The notes beneath the pieces are model-generated. The model saw nothing but the letters and a program-made list of their open reading frames with translations. It did no database searches and was not told the DNA's origin. Source: Desulfotalea psychrophila LSv54 (GTDB lineage Bacteria; Desulfobacterota; Desulfobulbia; Desulfobulbales; Desulfocapsaceae). Taken from it: a stretch of 32,000 nt of DNA. Location of the stretch: contig NC_006138.1 in the NCBI RefSeq assembly GCF_000025945.1, positions 3,210,001-3,242,000 of the forward strand. The letters are read 5' to 3'. The position numbers were made by a program, and so were the translations under genes. Of the stretch, positions 9,272 to 18,990 are shown one piece after another; position 1 is the stretch's first letter, and each line of letters starts with the position of its first letter.

Positions 9272-9561
9272 TTAAACCTTCGGTTTGAATTGTTTCGATT
9301 TTACTCATTCATTGGCCAATATTCATTTTCTTTTACTCAAAAGAAAGGAGCCCTGCCACTACGGTCTTCGGCAGTGCGCCTCAAGTCCCACGAGAGGTTA
9401 AGATGGCTCGCTCAAACAAGTCAAACTCCTCTCGCGCAAATTTTCCCGCTGCTCAGCTCCGGACCAATGGAGATCGCCCAACCAAATTCAGTGCCATTAG
9501 TACATGGGCTTCCCCTTGGTATGGATCTGAATTCACCATCTCCTCAAGGTTTTGCCCTGTC

Positions 9562-9897
9562 TACATCTGTATATTGTCCGCCAACTCGGGTTTTCAGGTC
9601 GTCTACATATGTATATTGTCTCTTTCTTCGGTGTTTCGGGCTTTATACATTTGTATATTGTCTCTTGCTTCGGTGTTTCAGCCTTTATACATTTGTATAT
9701 TGTCTCTTTCCTCGGAGTTTCAGGCTTTATACATCTGTATCTTGCTCGACTACTCAAGTTTTTGAGCTTTATACGTTTGTTCACGCCCCGCCCCCTCAAT
9801 GTTTTGCCCTTTGTCTCTCTATATATTGCTCGATTACTCAGGTTTTCAGGCCTTGCCCATCTGGATATTGTCCGTTTCAGCAAAATTCCGGGCCTTA
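9562..9897. repeat. intergenic array A: about 8 degenerate tandem 42-bp units
   Basis: Unit starts at 9562, 9604, 9646, 9688, 9730, 9772, 9814 and 9856, consistently 42 bp apart. Typical unit TACATTTGTATATTGTCTCTTTCTTCGGTGTTTCAGGCTTTA, with a TACANNTGTA dyad in the first five units. Confidence 0.9.
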
Positions 9898-9913
9898 CCT
9901 CAACAGGTGCGAG

Positions 9914-10009
9914 GTTTCAATCCACGCTCCCGTAAAGGAGAGTACACCAAGCTGTAAGCTATAAGCTGTCAGCTTCTTTCCAATCCACCCTCCCGTGAAG
10001 GAGCGATTC
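9914..10009. repeat. pair of CRISPR-repeat-like remnants (not a functional array)
   Basis: GTTTCAATCCACGCTCCCGTAAAGGAGAGTAC (9914-9945) and CTTTCCAATCCACCCTCCCGTGAAGGAGCGATTC (9976-10009). The CAATCC cores are 63 bp apart, and each has a small CTCC...GGAG dyad. Confidence 0.35.
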
Positions 10010-10197
10010 TCAGGCTTACTGAGAAGGAAATACTTCGCGGCCAGGGCGGGGCCATCATTGCTGTTTTAGGAAGTGGAGAAATCTGGTATCTTGTTCCCCG
10101 AGTAGGCTATCGATATTCCCCACTCACAACAAAACTGTTTGTTTTCAATGCATTATACTTATCCCCACCCAGAGCACCGGCAGGTTAGAAGAGAGTC

Positions 10198-12480
10198 ATG
10201 AAAAGAAAAATTGAATTATTGGCACCGGGCGGAGACATTGACTCCATCAAGGCGGCCATTATAGCCGGAGCAGATGCTATCTACTGTGGTCTGGACAAGT
10301 TTAACGCCAGAAACCGGGCAGAAAATATAGGCATTGAAGAGCTGAATGGAATCTTAAGGCTTGCCCATAAGAACAGCTGTGAGATCTTCCTCACCCTCAA
10401 TATCATCATCATCGAGAGTGAAATACCCACCCTGATAAACCTCCTGAACAAACTGGTTAACACCGGCTTAGATGGTATTATTGTCCAGGATTTTGGAGCC
10501 TTTTACCTGCTCGAAAAATATTTCCCCAGCCTGAAGATCCACGCCTCCACCCAACTGACAAGCCATAATGAGGGGCAGATAAAATTTCTAAAGCGGCTTA
10601 CGGCTACCCGAGTCAATCTCTGCCGCGAGTTGAACCTGAATGAGATAAAAAGCTTAGCCAGAACGGGACATGAGCACGACCTCTTAACAGAGGTATTTGT
10701 CCATGGAGCAAATTGCATCTGCTTTTCAGGTATCTGCTACCTCAGCTCCGTTCTAGGCGGCAACTCCGGCAATCGGGGCAGATGTAGTCAGCCATGCAGG
10801 GACCAATATCTAACTACCGTCAGGGCTAAAAACTTTCCCCTGAACCTTAAGGATAATTCAGCATATGCTGACCTGGCGGAGCTGGCAGAGGCCGGGGTGG
10901 ACTCCATAAAGATCGAGGGAAGAATAAAAAAGTTTCACTATGTGCACACGGTGGTCAACTCCTGGCGGCAACAGCTCCGGAGGCTGAGCAACAAGGAAGA
11001 ACTGCTAAAAGACGATGAAAATCTGCACAGGGTCTTTAATCGGGGCTTTTCCAATGCCTTTCTTAAAGGGGATATTAATAGGAATATGTTTATTGATAAC
11101 CCCAGAGATAACTCTGCCCTCCATCTTGCGGAGATATACGGCGGTGCCAGCGATGAGAATGTAACAAGGGCCAAGAAAGAACTCTATGATCTGAAAACAG
11201 AGATCATAAATGATGTCAGGACGAGAATAGATCAACTCAGCATTGAAAGGGCGCCCTTAACAATAAGCGTTTCCGGAAAGGTTGGAGCCCAATTAAAGGT
11301 ATCTGTCACGACTCCTGATACCAGTTTCACCCTCTACTCAACGACTGAGCTTGCCCAGACTGGCAGGGCCATCACGGCCATAGCCACAAAAAAGGGCAGG
11401 GCCAACCAGGTTCTTGATTACGAAATATTACTCTCCAGATTCAAGGCAGTAAACGATACGGAATATTTCATTGAAACCCTGGAACTGGACGCGCTTGAAG
11501 AGAATCTCTTTGTCCCCTTCAAGGAACTTACCTCCCTTAAGAGCCAGCTCCTCTTCAAACTCAATGGAGAACGGGCGCATCATGCTCCCATTGATCTGCC
11601 CCGCTTAAAAAAACATGATGACAAAACAGAGAGGCCCTGCCTCTCCCTCTTGATCTCCTCCGCAGAGGATATCCATCTCTGCCGGGAGACTTCGGCGGAT
11701 GTTTACTTTCAACTACCCAGTAATTTCAAAAACAGCTTGGTAAAATTTATTGATCTCTTTTGCCAAAACGATAAACTGATCCCCTGGTTCCCCTCCATCC
11801 TGATAGGAGATGACTACCGTACTGCGGTGGAATTTCTTGAGCGAGTCAAACCAAAGGGTATTGTCACGGATAATACAGGAATAGCCCTTGCCGCCTATGA
11901 GCGAGGGATTAAGTGGGTAGCAGGCCCCCATCTCAATACGGTGAACTCTTTTAGCCTCCTCTCTTTAAAGGAAAAGTTTAACTGTTCCGGGGCGTTTATC
12001 TCAAATGAGATTAACGGGAGACAGATAAAAGCCATAAAAAGGCCCGAGGGATTTGACCTCTACTACAGCATCTATCACCCCATCCTCCTCCTCACCAGCA
12101 GACAGTGCCTCTTTCAACAGATCACGGGCTGTGCAAAAAAGAGGATGGACGAGAGCTGCATAGAGGGCTGCGAAAAAACCGCCTCGATTTCCAATCTGAA
12201 AGATGGCACCATCTTCATTGAAAAATCAAAGGGCAACTACCACCATGCCTACCATGAGACTCATTTCCTCAATACGGATATAGCAACTGACACAGAGGGG
12301 CTCTTTACCAGTCTCTTTATTGATCTGCGGGACATAGAGACCAAAACAGAGAGGGCGGTGGATAAGATCGACCTGATAAGGCTTTTTGCAGATCATCTCA
12401 ATGATAAGGCCGATTCAGCAGAAATACTGAAAAGGAACATCTCCCCCACAACCTGTCACCAGTATACAAGGGGCCTTTAG
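10198..12480 (+). CDS. peptidase U32 family protein, long form (RlhA/YdcP-like, putative 23S rRNA hydroxylation factor)
   Basis: KIELLAPGGDIDSIKAAIIAGADAIYCGLDKFNARNRAENIG, QVTA-like STQLTSHNEGQ, FVHGANCICFSGICYLSS, GNRGRCSQPCRDQY, DSIKIEGRIKKFHYV. The long C-terminal extension matches the DUF3656-containing type. Confidence 0.88.
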   Translation: MKRKIELLAPGGDIDSIKAAIIAGADAIYCGLDKFNARNRAENIGIEELNGILRLAHKNSCEIFLTLNIIIIESEIPTLINLLNKLVNTGLDGIIVQDFGAFYLLEKYFPSLKIHASTQLTSHNEGQIKFLKRLTATRVNLCRELNLNEIKSLARTGHEHDLLTEVFVHGANCICFSGICYLSSVLGGNSGNRGRCSQPCRDQYLTTVRAKNFPLNLKDNSAYADLAELAEAGVDSIKIEGRIKKFHYVHTVVNSWRQQLRRLSNKEELLKDDENLHRVFNRGFSNAFLKGDINRNMFIDNPRDNSALHLAEIYGGASDENVTRAKKELYDLKTEIINDVRTRIDQLSIERAPLTISVSGKVGAQLKVSVTTPDTSFTLYSTTELAQTGRAITAIATKKGRANQVLDYEILLSRFKAVNDTEYFIETLELDALEENLFVPFKELTSLKSQLLFKLNGERAHHAPIDLPRLKKHDDKTERPCLSLLISSAEDIHLCRETSADVYFQLPSNFKNSLVKFIDLFCQNDKLIPWFPSILIGDDYRTAVEFLERVKPKGIVTDNTGIALAAYERGIKWVAGPHLNTVNSFSLLSLKEKFNCSGAFISNEINGRQIKAIKRPEGFDLYYSIYHPILLLTSRQCLFQQITGCAKKRMDESCIEGCEKTASISNLKDGTIFIEKSKGNYHHAYHETHFLNTDIATDTEGLFTSLFIDLRDIETKTERAVDKIDLIRLFADHLNDKADSAEILKRNISPTTCHQYTRGL

Positions 12481-12575
12481 GAAAGCTGAAGTAGCATCAG
12501 ACCAGGATTTCCAATCGATTTGCCCATTGCCAGCGCAAAAATCCAAAAAAATCTTTCGGCAAAACCTTGCTTGGC

Positions 12576-12611
12576 ATGATAGCTTAAAAGTAGCAGAATT
12601 TAAGCTATCAT
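12576..12611. other. inverted repeat upstream of the DUF748-like gene
   Basis: Perfect 13-bp arms ATGATAGCTTAAA / TTTAAGCTATCAT separated by 10 nt. Confidence 0.6.
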
Positions 12612-12662
12612 AAACTTCAGAACCCTTATGTTTTCCGCTTATAAATATATTTTTCGAGTCAG

Positions 12663-15600
12663 GTGCTTATGAATTTTTCTATTAAGAAGAGCAAGGAAAG
12701 GCTACTTACGGCATGGGGAAAACGGGGTGTCCGTGTAGGCGTTTCTATTGCCACTGTTTTTTTATTGTTTGTACTCCTATTGCCCTTTGCAGTGAAACAG
12801 GGCGTACAGTGGTGGCTGGTGAAAAATGGTGCAGCGGAGGCTGTCATCTCGTCACTTTCGCTTAATCTCTTCACCGGCACCTTACATGTTAAAGGCGTGG
12901 ACGTACAGGGTGCACAGAAGATGCTTTTTGCAACCGATGGTTCGGGGCTTAAATTTGACATTTTAGGCCTGTTTGGTAAAGAGATACATATCGAAAGGAC
13001 CTATTATGACCATGTCACCATTCAGGTAAAACAGGAGGAAGATGGGCAGTGGAAAATTGCCTCATACACAACCCCCGAACAAAAAGAGAATAAACCAATC
13101 GAGGAGAGTAAGGGGTCGGATTGGACCATCCTCGTCGATGATGTGCATATTACCAACTCCTCAGTTGAATTTATAAGCCCCACCTTTTCAACAGTAGTCA
13201 CCATTGATGATGCGCAACTGACAAATTTTTCAACAGCAGCGGCTGCTGCTCCCGCTGATTTTCATTTCAAGGGTAAAATTGATAAGACACCGCTTGTTCT
13301 CGAAGCTGGAAAGTTACGGGTTCTACCTGATCTGATGGTGGCGGGGCAGATTAATTTGCTGGATTTTGATACGGCAAGCTTATCACCCCTATTAGTAGGA
13401 CAGTTAGAAAAGATTGCAGGGCTGTTCTCCATGGCTGGTCAGTTTAAATTTGAGATGAAGAGTGATACGACAGCTTTTCGATACGATGGTGATGTTAATC
13501 TAGCCAAAACTCATCTGAAAATGAAGGATATAAACTACCTGTCTGATCATACCCATTGGTCAGGAACTGTGGATGCGAAAAACGAATGGAGCCAGTTTAT
13601 TATAGATGGCGCACTGCTTCTTGATGGCATTGCCCTGGATCTCACCCAACAATCACTTTCTGTGGATAATAAGCATCTCTCTTTTAAGGGTAAAACAAAA
13701 GTCCATCTCGTTGAGAAAGGTGTCGTTCTTACCAGCGATTCAACCCTGATCTCAGATGGTATAATAGTAAAACAGACAGGGACAATTTATGGACATAAAC
13801 ATTTAAAGTGGCAGGGTACACTGGGAAATAAGCAGGATGCGCAACATTATCTTATTGATGGCGATCTCACCCTTGGTGGAATGAATATTAAAATGGCTGA
13901 TTCTGGCTTGGCACTTACCAATCAAGATGTTCAGTTTGCTGGTTCCACCGATATTGATTTGAGTTCGGCCTTGCAGATTACTCATAGGGGAAGTTTTGTC
14001 AGTAAAGGGTTTAAGGTTCTTGTAGGTGAAATGGATTATGGCCATGACCAGCTCACCTGGAAGGGGAACATTAGCCATAAAAATGGCATCCTTACGACCA
14101 GTTCTAGCAAAGGCACACTTCAACTCGAAAATATTTCATACTCACAGGCAGGAGCTTCCCCGCTCAAGGTGCATCTCAAGAACACCAGTTGGGCTGGGAC
14201 CCTCTCCTATTCTCCAGTGCAAGATGATATCTTTGCCTCCCTGGCACTTGCCGGCAAGGTAAACGCCAAGGGTTTTGCATATGCTCTCCCTGGCACTATG
14301 CCTCTGGATATAGGCCTTGCAAGTATTGCCTGCAATGATTTATCGGTTGGACGTGATGGTGTGCATCTTGGCACCTCACTCATAGACGGCCTTAGCATCT
14401 ACTCTCCTATTGCCAAAAGGATGGCACTGGAACTGCAAAAGATTACACTCACTGAAAGTACTGTCACACCAAAATATATGGTCTCCTCAAGGGCGGGAAG
14501 CTTTGCCGGGTTCCAGCTGTTTCCTGTTGACAAAAAAGATCAGCATAATGGAGAGTTGGAAGCCTTAACCTTTACTGGTTTCTCCTGGTCTCCTCAATCC
14601 GGAGTTGAGCTAAAAGGGTTGGTTGCTCAGGCATTGTCTCTTGAACTGGAGAGGGATACAAAGGGAGATCTTAACTTAGCCAAGTTGATAGCAAGTCTGA
14701 AAGATATTGAGAGTAAAGTAGATGGAGGTCAGACTGGCGAAGAAGTTCATAGGGAAGTCCCTGCCCAAGGAATCCAGAAATCTACTCCAGGCGTTAAGGT
14801 CGATAAAATTGAGTTAGTGGGCGACAACAAGATCCTATTCACCGACCATACCTTACTTGTTCCCTATCGTAGTGAAACAGTCTTTAAGAAGTTCCTTATT
14901 GAAAATATCGATACCTTGAATGCAAAGCAGGATACCTTGATAACGGTGGAGGCACTCCTCGAAAAACGTGCCCCGTTCACCCTTTCAGGTAAAATACGAC
15001 CATTTACAAAAAAGCCTGAAGAGAGCGTATCTGCCCAGTTGCAATTCAAGTTACGAAATTATCCTTTACGTAACCTCTCTCCCTATCTGGTGCAGGCGGT
15101 AGGTACGGGACTGGAGAGTGGACAGTTGAAGTTGCAAGGTACCTTTAAATTGGAAAAGGGTGAGGTTGATATTGAAAATAAACTGCTCTTTAAAAAGTTG
15201 GTTACTAAAGCCGTGGCACCAGAACTGGCAAAGCAACTCGACAATAAACTTCCCGTACCCTTAAACACAGCTCTTGGTTTGTTGAGAGATAGTGATGACA
15301 ATATCGCGCTCAGTATTCCGATCAGTGGACCCATTGACAAACTGGATTTTAACCTCACTAACATCTTTATAACAGCCCTCAGTAAGGCTGTTGTGCCTGC
15401 CGCCAGTTCTTATCTGATGTATGCCCTTGGGCCCTACGGCGCTCTTGCCTATGTGGGGATGAAGATTGGGCAGAATATCTTAGAAGTACATTTGCCACCG
15501 GTAAACTTTGTTAAGGGTGAAGAGAAGCTGAGCGTGGATCAGAAAGATTATCTGCAGAGAATCGGTAAGATCGTTAAAGAGGGCAAGGCAAATTCTGACC

Positions 15601-15839
15601 TTCAGGTTGTTCCCGTGACTAATGTTGCCCTTGAGCTTGGCCGAGAAGGTCAATTGGTGGCCGATTTATCTCAAGAGCAGCGTCAAAAAATGCTTAAACT
15701 AGGCCAGCTCAGAGCACAGATTATCCAAAAGTATCTGGTGGAGAAACAAGGCGTTGCTGCAGGAAAGGTGCTACTTTCCGTCACCAGGTTAGAAGATGGT
15801 TCGGCTTCTTCTCGGGTTGAACTACAACCAGAAGAGTAG
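12663..15839 (+). CDS. DUF748 / AsmA-like envelope protein
   Basis: 1058-aa protein. N-terminal TM (VGVSIATVFLLFVLLLPFAVKQGVQWWLVKNG), repeated AsmA-like beta segments, C-terminal DNIALSIPISGPIDKLDFNLTNIFITALSKAVVPAAS and FVKGEEKLSVDQKDYLQRIGKIVKE blocks typical of DUF748. Confidence 0.82.
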   Translation: MLMNFSIKKSKERLLTAWGKRGVRVGVSIATVFLLFVLLLPFAVKQGVQWWLVKNGAAEAVISSLSLNLFTGTLHVKGVDVQGAQKMLFATDGSGLKFDILGLFGKEIHIERTYYDHVTIQVKQEEDGQWKIASYTTPEQKENKPIEESKGSDWTILVDDVHITNSSVEFISPTFSTVVTIDDAQLTNFSTAAAAAPADFHFKGKIDKTPLVLEAGKLRVLPDLMVAGQINLLDFDTASLSPLLVGQLEKIAGLFSMAGQFKFEMKSDTTAFRYDGDVNLAKTHLKMKDINYLSDHTHWSGTVDAKNEWSQFIIDGALLLDGIALDLTQQSLSVDNKHLSFKGKTKVHLVEKGVVLTSDSTLISDGIIVKQTGTIYGHKHLKWQGTLGNKQDAQHYLIDGDLTLGGMNIKMADSGLALTNQDVQFAGSTDIDLSSALQITHRGSFVSKGFKVLVGEMDYGHDQLTWKGNISHKNGILTTSSSKGTLQLENISYSQAGASPLKVHLKNTSWAGTLSYSPVQDDIFASLALAGKVNAKGFAYALPGTMPLDIGLASIACNDLSVGRDGVHLGTSLIDGLSIYSPIAKRMALELQKITLTESTVTPKYMVSSRAGSFAGFQLFPVDKKDQHNGELEALTFTGFSWSPQSGVELKGLVAQALSLELERDTKGDLNLAKLIASLKDIESKVDGGQTGEEVHREVPAQGIQKSTPGVKVDKIELVGDNKILFTDHTLLVPYRSETVFKKFLIENIDTLNAKQDTLITVEALLEKRAPFTLSGKIRPFTKKPEESVSAQLQFKLRNYPLRNLSPYLVQAVGTGLESGQLKLQGTFKLEKGEVDIENKLLFKKLVTKAVAPELAKQLDNKLPVPLNTALGLLRDSDDNIALSIPISGPIDKLDFNLTNIFITALSKAVVPAASSYLMYALGPYGALAYVGMKIGQNILEVHLPPVNFVKGEEKLSVDQKDYLQRIGKIVKEGKANSDLQVVPVTNVALELGREGQLVADLSQEQRQKMLKLGQLRAQIIQKYLVEKQGVAAGKVLLSVTRLEDGSASSRVELQPEE

Positions 15840-15851
15840 CGTGTCGGAGAA

Positions 15852-17252
15852 CTATTTTTGTAACTTTTCAAGCATGGTAAGAAGCAGTTCATTAAAGGCC
15901 TGTTGCGCTGCTTCACCTTGATCTATCTTCTGCTTTGTTGTGCAGTTAAAGAATTTCTTACAGAGTGTAAGCTCTGCCCTTGACCACTCTTGGGTGAAAT
16001 TATGCTTTGCCAGTTCTGGTAAATTGCTTTCAGATGACAGAGAGTCCCGTCTGCCATGGGCCCAGTTGACAATCTGTTGGTAAAAAAGAAAAGAACGATT
16101 GAGCAGAATAAAGAGAAGCCTAATGTCTTTAGCAGGACCTATTGAGATCGTTTCATTGGCTATCCGTATACCCTTTATGGTGGAACTTTTTTCTATTGCC
16201 TTTTGTCCGGTGAAGAGAGCAGCCACGGCCCCACCTGCACTAGCCGCTGCGGTAAAAATCCCAAAGGTGAGTCCGGCAAAGGCAAGGTCAATTCCAGCGC
16301 CTAAACCTGCACCGCTGAGACCACCCAGGAGCATACATTGCTTTTTGCTTAGCCCTAATAACTGCCAATTTTTCGCAGTGAAAAGATTATCGCTGAGTAA
16401 AGGGTTAGGCGGGAGAGTGTAGTTGTAAATATTATGCTTATAAAGATCACGCAATCTGCTCTGCGCAGTTTTCTCCATCTGCTCTAACTGCTTTTTATAT
16501 CGATCAAAGAGATGGCGACGCGCAACATCTTCTCCTTCGTTTCCTCCGATCTTACCTTCTAAAGAGAAGCTCAGAGATTCTCCAAGCATCGTACTGATAA
16601 GTTCAGCTGCGCGCTGGGTGCGATCCTGCCAGTTTTGCTTAAAGGCAAGGAGTGCTCGCTGTAGCGGTTCCTGCCAGTCCTGTTCAATGGACTTAAGTGC
16701 TTCAAAGAGATGAATCCGTTCTCTGTATCCGGCATGGTGTGCATTGAACACCCTGTATGAGTTGAAAGTTTTTCTGAACTCATCTTTCCATATTTCCAGG
16801 TACTGACGGTTATCTTTGCAGTTGATTACCGCCATTCGTGGTCTCCCTGTTAAGCGTAAAATTTCAATTTCGCTCAGATCAACATTTTTTATTGGTCTTG
16901 ATCCATCCACAACATAGATTATACCAGCACCCCGTAAAAGTGGCTTGAGCAACTCAATGTCATGTTTCAGTTCGGGAATATCCTGTAATGATCTTACCAG
17001 AGTTTTGAGGTTTGCGGCCGGCGAGCCAGTACACTGTTTGAGCTCATAAAGGATTCTATTAGGGTTTTGAAATCCCGGTGTATCAGTGAAACGAAGAATA
17101 TCCTGATCGTCAATATTGATGACAAATGATTGGCAGAGAGTCGTCTCTCCGGGGCTGCTACTAATGCGTACAGAATCATCTTCTGCCAGAGTTGATAGAA
17201 CCGATGACTTCCCCTCGTTGGGATGTCCCATGATGGCAAATTCAGGAATCAT
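15852..17252 (-). CDS. DUF3482-family membrane-associated GTPase
   Basis: G1 GHPNEGKSSV, switch/G3 DTPGFQNP, Gly/Ala-rich hydrophobic hairpin (LLGGLSGAGLGAGIDLAFAGLTFGIFTAAASAGGAVAALF). Confidence 0.85.
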   Translation of the reverse strand: MIPEFAIMGHPNEGKSSVLSTLAEDDSVRISSSPGETTLCQSFVINIDDQDILRFTDTPGFQNPNRILYELKQCTGSPAANLKTLVRSLQDIPELKHDIELLKPLLRGAGIIYVVDGSRPIKNVDLSEIEILRLTGRPRMAVINCKDNRQYLEIWKDEFRKTFNSYRVFNAHHAGYRERIHLFEALKSIEQDWQEPLQRALLAFKQNWQDRTQRAAELISTMLGESLSFSLEGKIGGNEGEDVARRHLFDRYKKQLEQMEKTAQSRLRDLYKHNIYNYTLPPNPLLSDNLFTAKNWQLLGLSKKQCMLLGGLSGAGLGAGIDLAFAGLTFGIFTAAASAGGAVAALFTGQKAIEKSSTIKGIRIANETISIGPAKDIRLLFILLNRSFLFYQQIVNWAHGRRDSLSSESNLPELAKHNFTQEWSRAELTLCKKFFNCTTKQKIDQGEAAQQAFNELLLTMLEKLQK

Positions 17253-18796
17253 TGAATTTCACCTAATGTAATTGGGAAAAGTTGGATAAAACTATCACCA
17301 AGTCCGGCGATCTTTTGTTGCCAGAGCAGGGTCTCCGTCTCTTTTGGACTGACCAGTGAACCATCTGCCAAACTATTAACAAGTAGTACCTCAACTGTGG
17401 TTTGGGTTTTTTCTCTTATTGTTTGCACATAGGAGAGGAACTCGGTGAGGGGAACCATATTAGCCTCCATTACAATGAAGATAGGACAGTGCTGCTTGCT
17501 ATTCTGCAGAGCAAGTTGGTCGACAATCTCTTGGTCAGAAGCGTAGTCGGCCATAAAGGTGATCAACCGTTCGGCTCTATATCCATGCTGGAGGAGCAAT
17601 GTCTTGAGTATATTATCATGGCGGGCATTTCTGATGTCTGCTGCAATCAGTACTGTAACTGTTGCCTGGTGGCCAGTTTGCGATTGCTCGTCGCCTGTAT
17701 GAGAGAACCGACGATCCTTATCTGTTGCATCGGCACCGATGGTTTGTCCCGGCTCTTTCTCACTTTTTTGCTCATAGATGGGGGTGCGCATCCGGTGAAA
17801 GAGTTTTTGGTATTCTGCTCTTCGCGTGGTGGATGACTGAAGACTCTTTCTCTCTTGTAAGAGGGCAATTAAAAAGAGAAGTATCCGGGGCAGAAGACCA
17901 TAGGTCAAGAGACAGAGGATAAGAAACGGCCACCAGGATGAGAGGTTTTGATTTGCTAAGTGATAGATACCATCTTTTAGAATAATCCGACTACCGGCAA
18001 TTTGTTCAAGGGTTGGGTTGGCGTGGGCGAGAAGGCTGCTCCAGTTCCAGGGGGCAGAGACAATTTGCACCATGGTCTGGATATATTCAGTGCTCAGTCT
18101 CAAAGTAGATTGCCAGCCAAAAGCGATATCTGAGGTGATAATTTTATACAGAGCGCCAAAAAGAAGGCCGATGTTGAGGCTTATGCTAGCTGACTGATGT
18201 ATACGATTAAAGAGAGAGGAGAGGTCAACCGAATAGCCTTTATTTTGTTTGAGAATCCCCAGTGCATGTTCATAGTTTAATCGTTTCTCTGCCGGAAATT
18301 TTGCGATTAATGGCCCTGCCAAAAACGAGGTGAAGAGGGCAAGGCAATATCGTATCAGTGGCGGTGACAGTGACTTCTGCCCTTGGCCAAGCGAGCGAAT
18401 GAGCCTGACGAGAAGGGCAAGCGTTATGGTGCATAGCTGGCTGCCGATGAAGATAATTATAAATGAAAATATATTGATAGGTGTAGTGCCGGAATAATAT
18501 AAAAAAGTAGTAGTGGCAGAAATACCAACGAAGAAACTGATGACCAAGAGGATGAGATGGATGCGACTGAGAGCCTTTGAGACAATGGTACCGATGCTTT
18601 CTGTATCGATACATTGCTTGCCTCGTTGAGCGGCTAACCATATTGAGAGCAGTCTTGCTGAATCTTCTTGTCCATCTTTTGGCACATATTCCAGGAAAAG
18701 AGCTCGATCCCGCTTGTGGAGTTCCTGCCAGTTTTTTTGCCGGTCAAGATGGAAAAAAAAAGCAGCATCTATTATGTCTCGGTATTTGGGATTCAT
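17249..18796 (-). CDS. DUF2868-family multi-TM protein, translationally coupled to the DUF3482 GTPase
   Basis: RDRALFLEYVPKDGQEDSARLLSIWLAAQR, multiple TM segments, C-terminal Toprim-like/ABC-like region. Overlaps the downstream GTPase start by 4 bp. Confidence 0.8.
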   Translation of the reverse strand: MNPKYRDIIDAAFFFHLDRQKNWQELHKRDRALFLEYVPKDGQEDSARLLSIWLAAQRGKQCIDTESIGTIVSKALSRIHLILLVISFFVGISATTTFLYYSGTTPINIFSFIIIFIGSQLCTITLALLVRLIRSLGQGQKSLSPPLIRYCLALFTSFLAGPLIAKFPAEKRLNYEHALGILKQNKGYSVDLSSLFNRIHQSASISLNIGLLFGALYKIITSDIAFGWQSTLRLSTEYIQTMVQIVSAPWNWSSLLAHANPTLEQIAGSRIILKDGIYHLANQNLSSWWPFLILCLLTYGLLPRILLFLIALLQERKSLQSSTTRRAEYQKLFHRMRTPIYEQKSEKEPGQTIGADATDKDRRFSHTGDEQSQTGHQATVTVLIAADIRNARHDNILKTLLLQHGYRAERLITFMADYASDQEIVDQLALQNSKQHCPIFIVMEANMVPLTEFLSYVQTIREKTQTTVEVLLVNSLADGSLVSPKETETLLWQQKIAGLGDSFIQLFPITLGEIQ

Positions 18797-18990
18797 AGCC
18801 TATTTGTACCAGAAAAAGAACGAAGCTTCTATGCTGATTGTAGGAGTAGGACAGTATAATGCTTAAAGCTTCGGATAAAGTCGTTTTAGCCTTACTGGTA
18901 CATCATCAATTCAAAATGACAAAAGCAATTAAGCACTGACAAGCAAAGAGGAGATAGACAGTGTTGCAACGATTTTACAGCGGAATAGAG

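Noticed and set aside
9562-9897. Array A as a CRISPR array
   Set aside because: The whole 42-bp unit drifts together; there is no conserved repeat alternating with unique spacers. This is a degenerate tandem repeat.
9290-9964. 224-aa plus-strand ORF and the overlapping ORFs 9403-9765, 9552-9935 and 9533-9883
   Set aside because: They are open mainly because the 42-bp unit is a multiple of three and lacks stops in several frames. No convincing start/RBS or homology. Kept only as a low-interest finding.
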